A stretch of 64,000 bases of DNA from Phoronis australis (Eukaryota > Animalia > Phoronida), in assembly GCA_002633005.1 (NCBI GenBank), contig NMRA01000271.1, positions 265,588-329,587 of the forward strand, given 5' to 3'. Shown piece by piece: positions 48,720 to 61,324 of this stretch. Numbering within the stretch: position 1 is the stretch's first letter; each line of letters opens with the position of its first letter. The notes beneath the pieces are model-generated. The model saw only the letters and a list, made by a program, of their open reading frames with translations, did not search any database and had not been told where the DNA came from. A program made the translations under genes and the position numbers.

Positions 48720-50400
48720 ATCTTGAAAATACCGTCCCGTCTTGCTCTTTTACACGAATCACAAAACCAATATGGCCGTCTGTATGTATGTATCACGTGA
48801 CTTCCACAACTCCCGGATGAGTGAGAAGCTATGGAACGCTGTGAGAACCATAGCCGTTGTCTATACACCTTCGCACGTGCACTGGGTTTTTGGTTAGAAT
48901 CAAATTAACGTCAAAATTATGGAAAATTACAGTAATAAGGAGAATTTGATAAATAGCCTGTGGATCATGGACATCTACATTATATATGTCTATGCTGTGG
49001 ATATTTTCGATAGGATACCATATGTGACACGTGACTTCCGGGTGTGACGTAGAGTCAAATAAAGCCTTTCTAAATCGCTTATCGAGTGGCGTCTTGGCTG
49101 AACGGTTTGGGTGCTTGGCTCTCAAGCGGGAAACCCCGGTTCAAATCTCGGTCAAATTGAGAAGTTTCAACATAGCGTCGGGCATGACTAAAGTGCCCGT
49201 ATTAAATCCCGAGATGCAAATAATTGATGTGGCGGATGGAGAGGGTGCCTGGTGACTGTAGATCTAGAACACAAGGAGAGCGTTCCTGAGGGCGAAATTC
49301 CAGCAAACAGGGTAGTGTTGCTGAGGGGAAATTCCAGGACTGACGCTAGCGTGTTGCTGAGATCTGCACAGCCAGTAGCAGGCTCGTCTGCTCCGCGGAA
49401 GGAGGAGAACTGTAGTGTCGCATNGCTATGGAACGCTGTGAGAACCATAGCCGTTGTCTATACACCTTCGCACGTGCACTGGGTTTTTGGTTAGAATCAA
49501 ATTAACGTCAAAATTATGGAAAATTACAGTAATAAGGCGAATTTTATAAATAGCCTGTGGATCATGGACATCTACATTATATATGTCTATGCTGTGGATA
49601 TTTTCGATAGGATACCATATGTGACACGTGACTTCCGGGTGTGACGTAGAGTCAAATAAAGCCTTTCTAAATCGCTCATCGAGTGGCAATTGCGTCTTGG
49701 CTGAACGGTTTGGGTGCTTGGCTCTCAAGCGGGAAACCCCGGTTCAAATCTCGGTCAAATTGAGAAGTTTCAACATAGCGTCGAGCATGACTAAAGTGCC
49801 CGAATTAAATCCCGAGATGCAAATAATTGATGTGGCGGATGGAGAGGGTGACTGGTGACTGTAGATCTAGAACACAAGGAGAGCGTTCCTGAGGGCGAAA
49901 TTCCAGCAAACAGGGTAGTGTTGCTGAGGGGAAATTCCAGGACTGACGCTAGCGTGTTGCTGAGATCTGCACAGCCAGTAGCAGGCTCGTCTGCTCCGCG
50001 GAAGGAGGAGAACTGTAGTGTCGCATAACGTAGAGTTGTAAAAGTATCTCTAAATCGCTTGCCAAGTGGTAATTGCCTTTTGGTTGAACGGTTTGGAATC
50101 TTGGCTCTCAAGGGGTAACCCAATTCAGTCAAGTCGGTGTCGGCAGAATTTCTTCAAGTTGAAAGCAGCCGGGATCACGGAGTTATAACTTTCCCGATGC
50201 CCCATCGAATGACAGTTCGTGCTATGGATACAGCTGAGAAAATTGAAGTGACGCTTACTTCTTAAGGGATTACTGTTTTTTTGTACATATTTAGTACCTT
50301 ACTACTTCTCTGAACTATTTCATTCGTCTCCGTAAATATGAGTTCGAGAGGCGAGCATGTGCAGCCGCACTAATCCGCTAGCCATTTTCAAGCTAAGGTA
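48720..50400. promoter_or_regulatory. Candidate shared/divergent promoter region of GIGYF (-) and the JmjC gene (+)
   Basis: Relatively CpG-rich. YY1-like AATATGGCCG (~48769) and GCCATTTT (50381); E-box TCACGTGAC (48793); composite CACGTGACTTCCGGGTGTGACGT (E-box + ETS + half-CRE, ~49028 and ~49625); possible first-exon donors at ~48732 (-) and 50398 (+, AAG|GTAATA). Confidence 0.5.
49088..49156 (+). pseudogene. Decayed tRNA-Glu(CTC)-like sequence / SINE head (allelic copy 49690-49759; older copy ~50075-50130)
   Basis: A box TGGCTGAACGG, GCTCTCA loop, CCCCGGTTCAAATCTCGGTCA B-box region; stems imperfect. Confidence 0.45.
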
Positions 50401-53400
50401 ATATTGGACTTCCATAGATCACAGGGACATGAAAAAATCTGTAAAGGCAAATACAACAAATTTAACTATGCACTAATATACACACACATTTAGGAAACGC
50501 TAATGTGTGTTAAAAATGGTTTTACTTGCAATAGTTTTTCAACTAAATTAAATATTGATATCAAATATTCAAACTTGTCTGTGATTTCAAGATGTCTGCT
50601 TCCACAACAAGTAGGCCTACGGCAGAACATCGTGTGGGAACTTTCGCTTGGAGTTGGTTCGAATTGTATGCAATTAAATCAAATTGGCATTAATGAGAAA
50701 AAAGAAAGGTTTGTGCTTTACGCCGATGTGACGATTTCAGTTGCAAATGATAGTTTTTATTCATTGACTTGAACTTATTTATGGCAAATGTATCCGACCA
50801 GTGGCAGTGCCATTAACGACATTGTCGGACAATACAATTCCCATATTCCGGACTCCCGCCGAGTACCGCTCTTCTCGGCTGCGGGGTAAAGTATAGCGGT
50901 TGTACAATGTTGGCGCTGTGCGCACATCGGGTACGTTTTCATGCCTTTTGTCCCCATCAGGAAGGGGTGAAATTAGCCAGCCAGCTGTATGAAGACTCGT
51001 CAAAATACAGCTAGGTACTGTGTGTTGAGCTCCGTTAGACCACAAAAGTCCACACATCCCAGGTAGTTCTGCTCGTTAACTCGTTGTGAAACTTATATCA
51101 ACATGTAGAGCTAATGACCGGTAGGGTACATGCAAAATCCTAGAGTCAACCGACACTCACCTTACAGGGATATACCTAGGTTTCAAAACCCCACTCGCCA
51201 GCTGGGCGAGTGAGCCAAAAAATCCACTCACCCTGCCCTAAGTTCAGTCACCCAGCCGTTTGCGTCACTTGCTGCCAATGTCAATGAAAATCATTGTTTT
51301 GTGTGTTGTCACCATCTACTAGGGCCAGTATCGTTTTTAGAAAATGAATTCCTTCTAAGAAACTTTTGACGTCTATGAATTCCCACAATCTGGGCAATGT
51401 ATGACAGGACTTAGATAATGTAACATTAATTGATGCACTGAATTAAATCATGTCTGCCAGCTTGAATGAATTTAAAGGGAAGTTATTTGCGTGTCGGGAT
51501 CTTTGTGAATTTGATATGTTTCTCTATGTTGTAGACTGACCACTGTCTCTACTGGCCTTAGAGGCTGTGGTTATAACTGGCTAGTTGCCGATTTAGGCAA
51601 CTGAATGAAAGTGTGCTTGGAAAAAGTTTGATTATGGATAATTTAGGTACTTTGGAGCAGCTCACTATTCCGGAGGTCTAGTAATGAGGTGGAACTGTAA
51701 AGCCATAAAGCATTAAAGTGGCAATTTTGTTGGCATTCTGTTAAACACACTGATACACTGTTGCAAGTGTAGCACTGCACTTGAATCACACTGGTTTTTG
51801 GAATATTTGGCTGCAACCAGTCAAGGCACGCTTTGAAGTCCGATTTTGCACGTATAGAAAACCCAACCGAACAAAGTGTATTAGTTCACCTGTGGACTAG
51901 TGCACCTCTGGAATACTGCTCCTTTAGTTTACAGCCATGTAACTGGTATTTGGCTCGTTATATTGTGTACCTAGCAGAATTCTAAGACAGAACACTGGCT
52001 GTGCACAACTTTCTAATTTTAGGTTATAAAAGTCACATTTCTTGCGTGATTTTCACGTGTACTCTTCACGAACTATGCAATTTAAAAGGTTTCAAAATGA
52101 AAATTAACACTTCTTGCGATATTAGCCCCCAGTGTTTACAACCGTGTTTATGATAGGTCATTGTGACACCTGGTTACTCTAGTTAGTCTCCAGAGAATAA
52201 CATTAGCTGAAGCTAGATGGTGTCTTTGAAGATAGTGGTGGATTTTAGACTTAACAAACTGTTGAAGTTGCCCAAACTCGACTGACGAGGGTGTCATCCA
52301 AGGATTCTTTTCAGCTGTGTGGGAATGAGCCAGAAATGAGCTAAATCATTTAGTTGTTTCATTAATATATTGTTATGTTGAGTGTTGCGCAAAACAGTCG
52401 GGCTTGTATGGAATATATTGATCTGTTGCAGCAGCCATAAGCCACTCACTCATTTCTCAATAGATGGAGTGGTGTCTTTAAATGTATTTCTTATCTTTAA
52501 CCAATCAAAATGTCAAAATGTAGTTTTCTAGCCAATCACTCTCCTAATTCTGCTTTGTTCTGTTAAGAATGAGAAGCCTCATGGCATATGATCTTTTCAT
52601 AGTGCTACCCCAGTACTGGGAAAGAGTACTAGTATACATTTGGACTAGTTATGGTAGTTTGCTCTTTCTGCAGATTTTGGCTTTGCTAAGTAATGTCCGT
52701 ATGTCATACATTCATACATTCAAGCTCACCCCATGACTGTCATTGCAATAAATGACTAGCTGTTGTCACTCGGTTAAAAGGCGCGCTCATGTGCATAAAT
52801 TGATTGAGCTGCAAACAATTCATATGAGCCCACACAAATATCGTATTATTTGGGCGCATATTGCCACCATCTTCCTGAGTGTGTCTAGTAGTTGCTGCTG
52901 TTATCTCCAAAACCCCTTGATGGATGTTAGTGAAAATTCTCAGACATATCTGAGTCATAGATGGGAGGGCGCGAACAAATTTTTGGATGGATTCAACTAC
53001 CGTTGTACCGTCCTTGTGGAATTTCATTTTTTACGTTAGCCTCAGTCTGCATCTAGCAATTTTCATGTGGAACAAATAGGTTTTTATTGATGAGATGATG
53101 TCTTCTCGTTTTCGGATGGATTTAAAATATTCAGTAATTATGAGGTATCTGTTTATTTTCGGTAATAATGAGTTATCGATTGATTCGAAACCCTGAAATC
53201 TCCTCTATTTTGACTAAGGAAGAGTTTGATACCAGTTTCAAAGCGGTAGATGGTCTAAATCAGAAGGTGGTTTTTGTCATGGAAGGCCCCTTTATTTTTA
53301 TGTATATGTGGGATCTTATTGACAAGTCTGTGTTTTTAGCCAAATTTCGTGAAAACTAGATTTTAACCCATTGAATTTATATATTTTCTGAAAGTGGAAG

Positions 53401-54394
53401 ACTGGTAGAATTTTATTTTGGACTCTTTACCAGTCTGCCAGTAATTGGGTCACATGACCATGGAACAAAAACAACATTGTCGATATTATGACAAAGTTTC
53501 CTGACATGAATACTCGAGATGAAATCTCAAAAGCGCTGTTCCAGTTTTCTGGATTATTTTTGTTTTATAGAACTTTTGATTTTTTGATGAAAATCACAGT
53601 TCTACTTGTATTTTCGTATAACTGCTTGTCCTCGTGCACAAATGCACCATTTTAAAAATAATCCCTAACAATGGAGTAGAGTATAAGAAGCCATAGCATC
53701 TTAAAATTTCATATGAATCTGATCAGCCGTTTCTGAGATATGGTGTTAGGAAATTAGCCAAATTTGGACATTTTCTTAGGGTCATTCGTAACTTTAATTG
53801 ATGCTACTGATCGTGAGAGTGAGAGAACTAGTTTTCACATCTGTTGGTGAAGTTTGCCGTTTGGTCTTTCCTTCTGTTGCCTTGTCAAGATACAGGACGT
53901 TCTTGATGTAGGAATTCAATGTATGGTAAATTCTCCACTTACTTAGCTCAAAAATAATTACCAATCTTGTCATTTATCCATTTTTAAGGGCTTGCAATTT
54001 TCCTCTTTTATAAGGATTTTCTCTTTTTTGGTTTCAATATCCTCTTATGTTTAATTTCCAGTTTCCTCTTTTATCATCTCTTTTTGTCATTATTTTGACT
54101 TTATTCGTGCAAACACCTTTATTTCAGTTTGATTTTACCACGCAAAAATGTTTCTATCACACAAGAGTATTTATTTGTGGACCCATGCATAACCTGGAGA
54201 ATTTTCCTCTATTTTATCATTGGTCATTCCAAGTCCTGGTTTTTCAAAGGTTGATTTCGTTGTTGCAAATGCCATTGTGGAAACTTCATCAAATGTTGTT
54301 TTATGGCATCTGTACAAAGTATACTAGTATTAGACTAAACTTTTCTTAGTCTTGATTTCTGTGAAATATATCAAATATACACCGAAAAATCAGG

Positions 54395-54469
54395 AACCCC
54401 AACTGGGAATCGAACCACAGGTCTCTAGATTGTCGGTCATAAGTGTTCTTACCACTGAGCTACTGAGGA
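54395..54469 (-). pseudogene. tRNA-like sequence, inverted partner copy
   Basis: Reverse complement of 54600-54672 with a disrupted anticodon arm. Confidence 0.55.
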
Positions 54470-54599
54470 CCCGATATCTGTGCAATTACTGATTGTATAT
54501 ATAATTGTCCAAAATCTCGTGTTAAAAAAAGGCGAAACTTCGCTAATGGGATGTATGACATAACAGTTGGCTGTAAACAGTAATTGTACAGATATCAGG

Positions 54600-54672
54600 T
54601 CCTCAGTAGCTCAGTGGTAAGAGCACTAGACCGGCAATCTAGAGACCTGTGGTTCGATTCCCAGTTGGGGTT
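54600..54672 (+). pseudogene. tRNA-like sequence (anticodon position GGC), probably non-functional as tRNA
   Basis: D-arm GCTC/GAGC and anticodon stem CTAGA/TCTAG pair, but there is C at position 33, a bulged T-stem and a weak acceptor stem. Confidence 0.6.
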
Positions 54673-55609
54673 CCTGATTTTGCTGTGCTTATTTGATATA
54701 TTTCACTACTGGCCAACCTCAGCGTCCATATATTTGATTTCTGTGAATAAATTTGACAAAATGGAATTTTCCTTGTTCGCCGTATTGTGGGCTAAATACG
54801 TAATGCAGTACCATAGTTAATGTTGCAAATAGAAATCTAATATAAAAGTCGAACATGCAAATAGAAATCATGCATGGAATAGTGCAGGTTGATGGTCAGA
54901 TGTTGGTGCAAACAGAAATGGAAAGAGATTGATGGAAATAGCGATCGACGCCGTAATACCTGTCTGTAACATAACTCGTTGTTATTCTATTGGTTAAAAA
55001 TACATACCCTTTAAGTATTGGGAGACAATGGGTTGGTGCATTGACTTGGATCCAAATCAATAATTGAAGTGAATGTCAATATTGTCCTTTGTAATGCTAC
55101 CAGTGAATTATGGATTTTTGTTCAGCAAACGCTCTGTTGCTTTATTTCATATCTTATGTCACACCCAACCTGTCAGTTTCAAGTCATGGACTCTCACGCG
55201 AAGGTAATAACTTACGGCATTTTGCGTGTTGTTGTGTGAGCAGTTTCTCTTAGAATGTGGGTTGCACTTCAACTACATGTGCAGTTTTGAAATGTAAACG
55301 GACATTCCATTTTGTATTAAGTTCAAAATTGGTCTAATGCCTTTAAGTTGCATCAGGTGTGTGCAGGCCATGGAGCTGGGCCCAGTGACCTTTTCACAGA
55401 TAGCAAAAACCACTGCATGTATATATCCTAGATACAGCATAGATTGGTGGGATACTTAGTGGGCTGTAATGAGAATATGTTCGCAGGTGATTGTCTGCTC
55501 GGTAAGCTGGAAGTTCGATAGATGCTACGTGTTTATTCTTATGGTAAACAGAATTTGTTGAAAACAGCTGTACTGTTCACGATTAATAATTTTCAATGAT
55601 AATCACTCA

Positions 55610-55973
55610 AGCTCTCTGTATCTTTGATTGGTCGTTCGCAGCGTCACAATGAGGCAGACGGCCAAGAGACAAACAAAAACTAGTGATGAAAAGACAGCTA
55701 CATATTTTTGGAGACTGTTACTTTTCTTGTCTTATCATGAGGCAAAAGTAAAATGACAAAGTGTTACAAGAATATGTGACAAAAGGCCATGACCCATTCA
55801 TATGCAAACCACAGAGGGTATTGTTGTAACACTGTGTCATTTTTTGTTTACCTCATGATAAGACAAGAACAGTCTCCAAGTATAGCTGTCATTTTAATCA
55901 TTAGTTTTTGTTTGTCTCTTGGCCGTCTGCTTTGCTGTTGCACACTGAACGACCACCAAAGATACAGAGAGCT
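55610..55973. mobile_element. ~360-bp palindromic MITE
   Basis: AGCTCTCTGTATCTTTG...GCAGACGGCCAAGAGACAAACAAAAACTA is inverted at 55902-55973. Confidence 0.75.
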
Positions 55974-57339
55974 CTTTGTGTCTTCAACAAATTGTGACTA
56001 CTGAAAAAGCTGCCGACAAATTATTTTTATTTTATCGGTAAACTGAGCTTGTCGATGTCTGAAGTCGTACTGAAATGAAGTGATCTCTTTAGACTGTATA
56101 TCTCCATCTGGTGGCGATGCTGCTCAGGATGACCACCATCCCATAATCCTTTGCGCGTATATCATCTCTTGCTTTCCGTTAAAGGTCAGTGTTGTTCTTG
56201 GCACCTAATTCGAGAAACCTGTGAGCAAGGTCACCAGTTTCTGCAGAGAAAAGTTTTTGGTTTTCTTACTAACTCGGGGTATCAGCAATATGAATTTCTC
56301 TTGATTTGAATAGTCTTGATTAGGACAATTAAAAGTGAAGTCAAGTGATCATCTGGGCCTAAGGGTTTATTTACTAGTTGTTCTCACATGTTCAAAAATT
56401 ATGGTGTGGTCCCCAGTTTTAAGGAATACAAATGTGCGGTTCATGAAGTTAAGAGATTTAACCATATACCTTCTCTGGGTGATTTAACGTAGAATAGATT
56501 ATCAAAAGCAACAGAATTTCTGTTGGTTAAGTCCAACCTGTCTATTGTGCTGTTGGAACTTTTGTGAAGTCATCATATTGTTAGACTTTTGTCTGTGATG
56601 TCATGAGCACGATCTGCATTCCTTTGTGTTTCAAAATACCGAAAATATTTAAGCCCCAAGGGAAAAATTAATGGGGATTAATTCCGCAAGCAGTCGTCTC
56701 CCCAAGGATTCTCGATGACTCGTGCAATACCAGTATTTTTGTCGCTCCTACTGACAGGCTAGGACTCTGCACTACTCTTAATATTGTGAAGCAAACCATG
56801 GTAAGTCATCAATAAAATATCCAGGTATAAGTTCAGGCAAATTTAATGGGATTCAGAATACCGTGTTAATCATGTCCCAGTGCAAAAAAACCCTGATTAA
56901 CGTTTTAGTGGAAAAAACCACAGGCTCACTTCTAAATTTCACATGGGATTGACATTATTGTGTTCCGTTACGTTGATGTAAAAAGTCTGAGTCGATTTTA
57001 GTTTTACAATATGTAACCATATCCAAAGCTCTTTATTTTTTCCAAAATTGTCAGTTATTTGAGATGTGTTCAGATACAACAATCAAATCAATCTGATTGT
57101 TTTATATCCTCACAAGACTAGAGTCCTGAGAAGCATTATACCTGCAAGTATTTTATGATTACAGGGGCGTGGTGTACATTCTAGGGAAACCAGTTCACGG
57201 TAAAATCCCACCAGTTTGGACCCTATCATTGCAGACAATGGTACAAAGTGATATCACTGGGTGATAAGAATCCGTATTGGTTGATTTTCACATGCAAGTT
57301 AAGCATCCATTTAACCGTTGATATGATTTTTTATACAAG

Positions 57340-57570
57340 GTTTATCATCAATCATGTTAATTTATGATGATTTCTTATCACTGAGCAATTATAAATGATC
57401 AAACGAGGAATAAATGATGGTCATTTATCATTAACCTGATGTTTATCTGTCATTAACCCGTTGTTCATTTATCATTAACCTGATGATCGTTTATCATTAT
57501 CCTGATGATTGTTTATCATCAACCCGATGTTCACTTATCATTAAATTGATGGTCATTGATCATCAGCCCG
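57340..57570. repeat. Degenerate ~20-bp minisatellite (TTTATCATTAACCTGATG...)
   Basis: About ten diverged units just upstream of the JmjC acceptor. Confidence 0.7.
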
Positions 57571-57655
57571 GTGTGAATTCGTGTCGTCCAAAATGGGGAT
57601 GATACGCGTCTTTCAATAAGACAAAATTGATTGTCTTTTTCAGCAACACAGGAAG

Positions 57656-58056
57656 ATGGGCAAAAACAAGGACAAGTACATGCACGTTTTGCAGAGTCGT
57701 AAGAAAGCAGAGGTGCCCATGAAAAGCCCTATCAATAGCAGCAACGTCCTCAGCTTCATGAAGTCCAAGAAGGAGTGGTCGTGGACCCACCTGACGGGCA
57801 TCACAGCTCTCATCAGTGTTATAATAGCCATTAATGTTGCCTTGATCTCAACCAATATTGCCAAAGGCGGGAGTCTCCTGGGAGATGAGAACAACTACAC
57901 GTTTCTGCCGTCCATCCACTATTTTCCAGCTCACGTAGCTCAGCGCATGGAGGGGATGAATAGACACGGACACGTGTTCCACTATAACCTTACTGGGGTA
58001 GACAAAAGGGACAATTTGAGTTTAGAAGAATTTAATGATGTCTACAATGGCAAATG
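57656..58056 (+). CDS. JmjC-domain (JMJD6/JMJD8-like cupin) protein with N-terminal transmembrane anchor, first coding exon
   Basis: Acceptor TTTTTCAG at 57643; ATG at 57656; hydrophobic ITALISVIIAINVALI; VDKRDNLSLEEF...Y; donor GTAGGT splits the Trp codon. Confidence 0.8.
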
Positions 58057-60099
58057 GTAGGTGTGGTATATATGGAAGCAATGAATCAAATGAGCTTGCA
58101 TGTGTGCAGCACAGTTTCATGAAGTAATTATTATAGTTGAGTGGTTGCATGAGCCGGGAATTGCCTTTTAATTTACGAGCCACTTGAAAATAACGATTAC
58201 CCCCATCATGCAAAAAAGCCTGAACCCAATCTCTTAATCTCTAAATTTAGTCTTGAGATTCAATTTGTTAAAATTGTTATTGTCTGTTCTGGTTTTTGTT
58301 GTTATTACAAGACAAGTATCGGATTTTGTGCTTGAGTACAAAATGATGCCCACGGATGAATTCATATTCAAGTTTGCACTTGTTGTCCTCAATATCTAAG
58401 TTGCAAATCGGAGCTTGAACTCCAAATCTTGGGTTTCAACGCAGATTTAAAACCAACAGCATTTGATGTAGACCTACTGTAGCACTTAATCAAAGACACT
58501 TAAATCTTGAGCTCAAGCTGAGGCAAAGCAGGAAATAACAAATGCATTTGGAAGTATGAGTCCGTGCTCAGAGATTACATTGGGGGCCTGATTAACCGCT
58601 TCATTCGGATCGTGAATTCGTACCTCGCTCTCTTGTTATCAGAGCCCTCAAGTGTTTGTTTACGGGCCAATAATTGGGCTTTATTCAATCTGGCCCGCAC
58701 GACAGATGATTGTGACTGCTGTGCATACGGTGTGCACAGACACAGCTAAAGGCGTCATCTGATTGCGTCTCTTTCTTGTCGGGTGGCCATCTGTTTTCTC
58801 AACTAGTGGCACGTCCATTTTCGTGTCATCAAACTGTTGTAACTGTATCCTTCTTAATTAGTATCCATTTAGCAGTCATGATAAAACAGAACTCTGAAAC
58901 AATGCCATCAGTATAACAGAGCTCTTTATTACTGATTTTTCTACAGCTCTTGTTGAATCCGTTGAATTTATTAAACCTTGAAGTCGCTGTCATCAGCTGG
59001 TTGGAGCAGATTAGAACTGTTAAGAACTGATTCAGAGCTGTTTACAACAGTTAGGGTGGGTTTAAATCTATACACTTGACTTGTCGTTAATGCCCGACTA
59101 CTAAACAATGGGAGGCATTATGTCGACAAACAATTAACTTTACAATATTTGCTGTGAAGCAGACGCTCATGAGCAAATCATGTTCGTCTTTGATTGGTTA
59201 ATACGAGTATGTGACACCAGTGAAAGCAGGGAGCAGTTCTTATTAAATAGAGCCAGGGAGCATTCGTAAACTTTAACACATGTGATGACAAACTGAAAAC
59301 AAAGATACATGAAAACAAAGATACATTAATATAATTAGCATTGTGCACAAACATCTGATAAAGAGAAAGAGAGAAAATTAGATGCAGTTGCATCAAGAGC
59401 TGGTTATTTGGTTCCTTATTGGCATCATATTATGGTCATTTAAAAAAAAAACTAACGAGGCATAAAAGCTGTTGTACCAACTGTTTACAGAATCACCAAC
59501 AGATGTCACTGAAACTCCAGGTAGAAAGAACTGTGAAATGAACATGTTGACCTGCAACAACTAATCAAAATTGTAAATTATGATAAATACTTCGATAAAT
59601 AAACATCCTGCAAAACTTTAGACAGCATACACAACTGCTTTCTTGCTCAGTTCGGTGCTTGCTGCTGTTATCATAGTGGATTAAATCGACTGGATACAGT
59701 ATCTATGAGTCCAGGTACTGTATTGTTTCAGTCCTTTTTGAACTGACAAGCATCGCTTTCAGAGACCAAATTTTTAAGTTTTCATGTTTATAATGTCACA
59801 TCCCTGATGGTCTTATACCGTAGACTGTCTGTTCATCATTTATTTTGCTCTTGAGGCCATCGGCCTACAGTGCATAATACAAGATGACAGACTACAATAC
59901 GAGCACATACGCGCGCACATAACATTTGAGGCATTTTTTGTCTAAGTACAGAAGTGTGATACACAAACTTGATCAATTTTTCTGTCTCTTCTTCAGTCAC
60001 AGGAAGAGATAACCATCTTTGGTTATCTCTTCCTGCTCATATCTATATCGAACTATCTTAGTTTTCTAATTTACTGAGAGTGACCAATCCATAAAGGTA

Positions 60100-60755
60100 G
60101 CTTTGGACCTGCTGGGCTATAAGACGCAGTGTTCTTTTTCGAATACATTTTTCCATGATTCATTGGTCAGGTAGTGAATTTTTTACACACTTCACTGACT
60201 TTCTTGTCTAACAAACTCGTCCAGAATTTTCCTCTCACTGATTTCGCACTGTTCTTTGACCAACCTTTGATTTTCATGATGGTTTCACCCTCAGTCATCC
60301 ATGCTTGCATTAAGTGCACATAGCGCTTGAGGCATCGCCAGTGCACGCCAAGGTTTTATCGGTGACTGGGACAATTAACAGAATCCAGTTCTTGCTTCGT
60401 GACCCGATAACTTCCTCTGCCACATCAGACGAGCCACATCTCAAGAGGATAAGCTCCATATTCTCATTCACATCACTTCATTTCACTTTCAAGCTCGTCG
60501 AGTATGTCACTACATCCCTCATACATGTTTAAAATGTTTCCTTTAAAGTTAATTGTCTCTTCTGGTATTTCGCGACTGGCTAGGCTAAATACACTAACCT
60601 GGCATGCGTTCAGTAGACTCTAGGACCTACGCTAGGATCTAGCTAAAAGCTAGTCAAAGTCACGTGTTCTCATTCAAAATGCACGGCAATATCTCACGTA
60701 ATCTCGCGAAGTCTTGCCTTTTAACGAAGTCCTAGCGTTACTGAACGGGAAGCTG
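60100..60755 (-). mobile_element. Decayed DNA-transposon fragment with Cys/His motif and IR-rich end
   Basis: Minus-strand frameshifted ELILLRCG...CPSHR*NLGVHWR (60330-60460); CGTTCAGTA..CTAGGA / TCCTAGCGTTACTGAACG inverted repeats at 60607-60747. Confidence 0.35.
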
Positions 60756-61324
60756 TGTTTAAATTCATTCATCATTCATCCGAAATTTTGCTGCTCTAGT
60801 TTAGTATTCAATGACATCACTGAAAGACAAATTACAGTAGGCCCCATGTAGTCTACCGGTTTGTGTCTATGTTAGTTCACAAGTTATATGCCAGCTTTGT
60901 TAGTCAGTATGACGAATTCATGGCATAGGTAAAGTACAATATTAAGTGATTTTACTTGTCATATTTACATTATGTGGGGTCTGAAAGGAGTGAATTTTAC
61001 ACCTTTTCCCAAGAATCCAGGAACAGGTGAAAAGCTTTTTTTGCATATATAGTTAAGGGTCTTGGTTCTTTGACATGTCCATGCCTATATATTTAGACAC
61101 ATGCCATTTATAAAACTATAAATTTTAACATGGTAAAAGTATTACATTTTCTGAATTTCAGACATTCTACTTTTAAAGTAGAAAGCCTCATTGGGTATGA
61201 ATGTTCGAGATGAAATCTCAATACTACTAATAGTTTTTTAAAATTATTTCATTTTCATTTTATGTAAGTTTCTAGATTTTTCAAAATCATAAAAACCTAG
61301 ATGCAAAAGTGGATCACATTTTAA

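Larger units (their letters stand above)
54352..54747. mobile_element. Inverted pair of tRNA-derived Pol III units flanked by a 14-bp direct repeat
   Basis: Arms 54361-54491 and 54578-54706 are inverted repeats, each with A box TAGCTCAGTGG, B box GGTTCGATTCC and a TTTT run. TTGATTTCTGTGAA occurs at 54352 and 54734. Confidence 0.75.

Noticed and set aside
50775-51057. GC-richer stretch with overlapping short minus-strand ORFs
   Set aside because: No recognisable domain or consistent exon boundaries.
54395-54672. Two functional tRNA genes
   Set aside because: C at position 33, bulged T-stem, poor acceptor stem and different anticodon regions in the two copies; treated as tRNA-derived.
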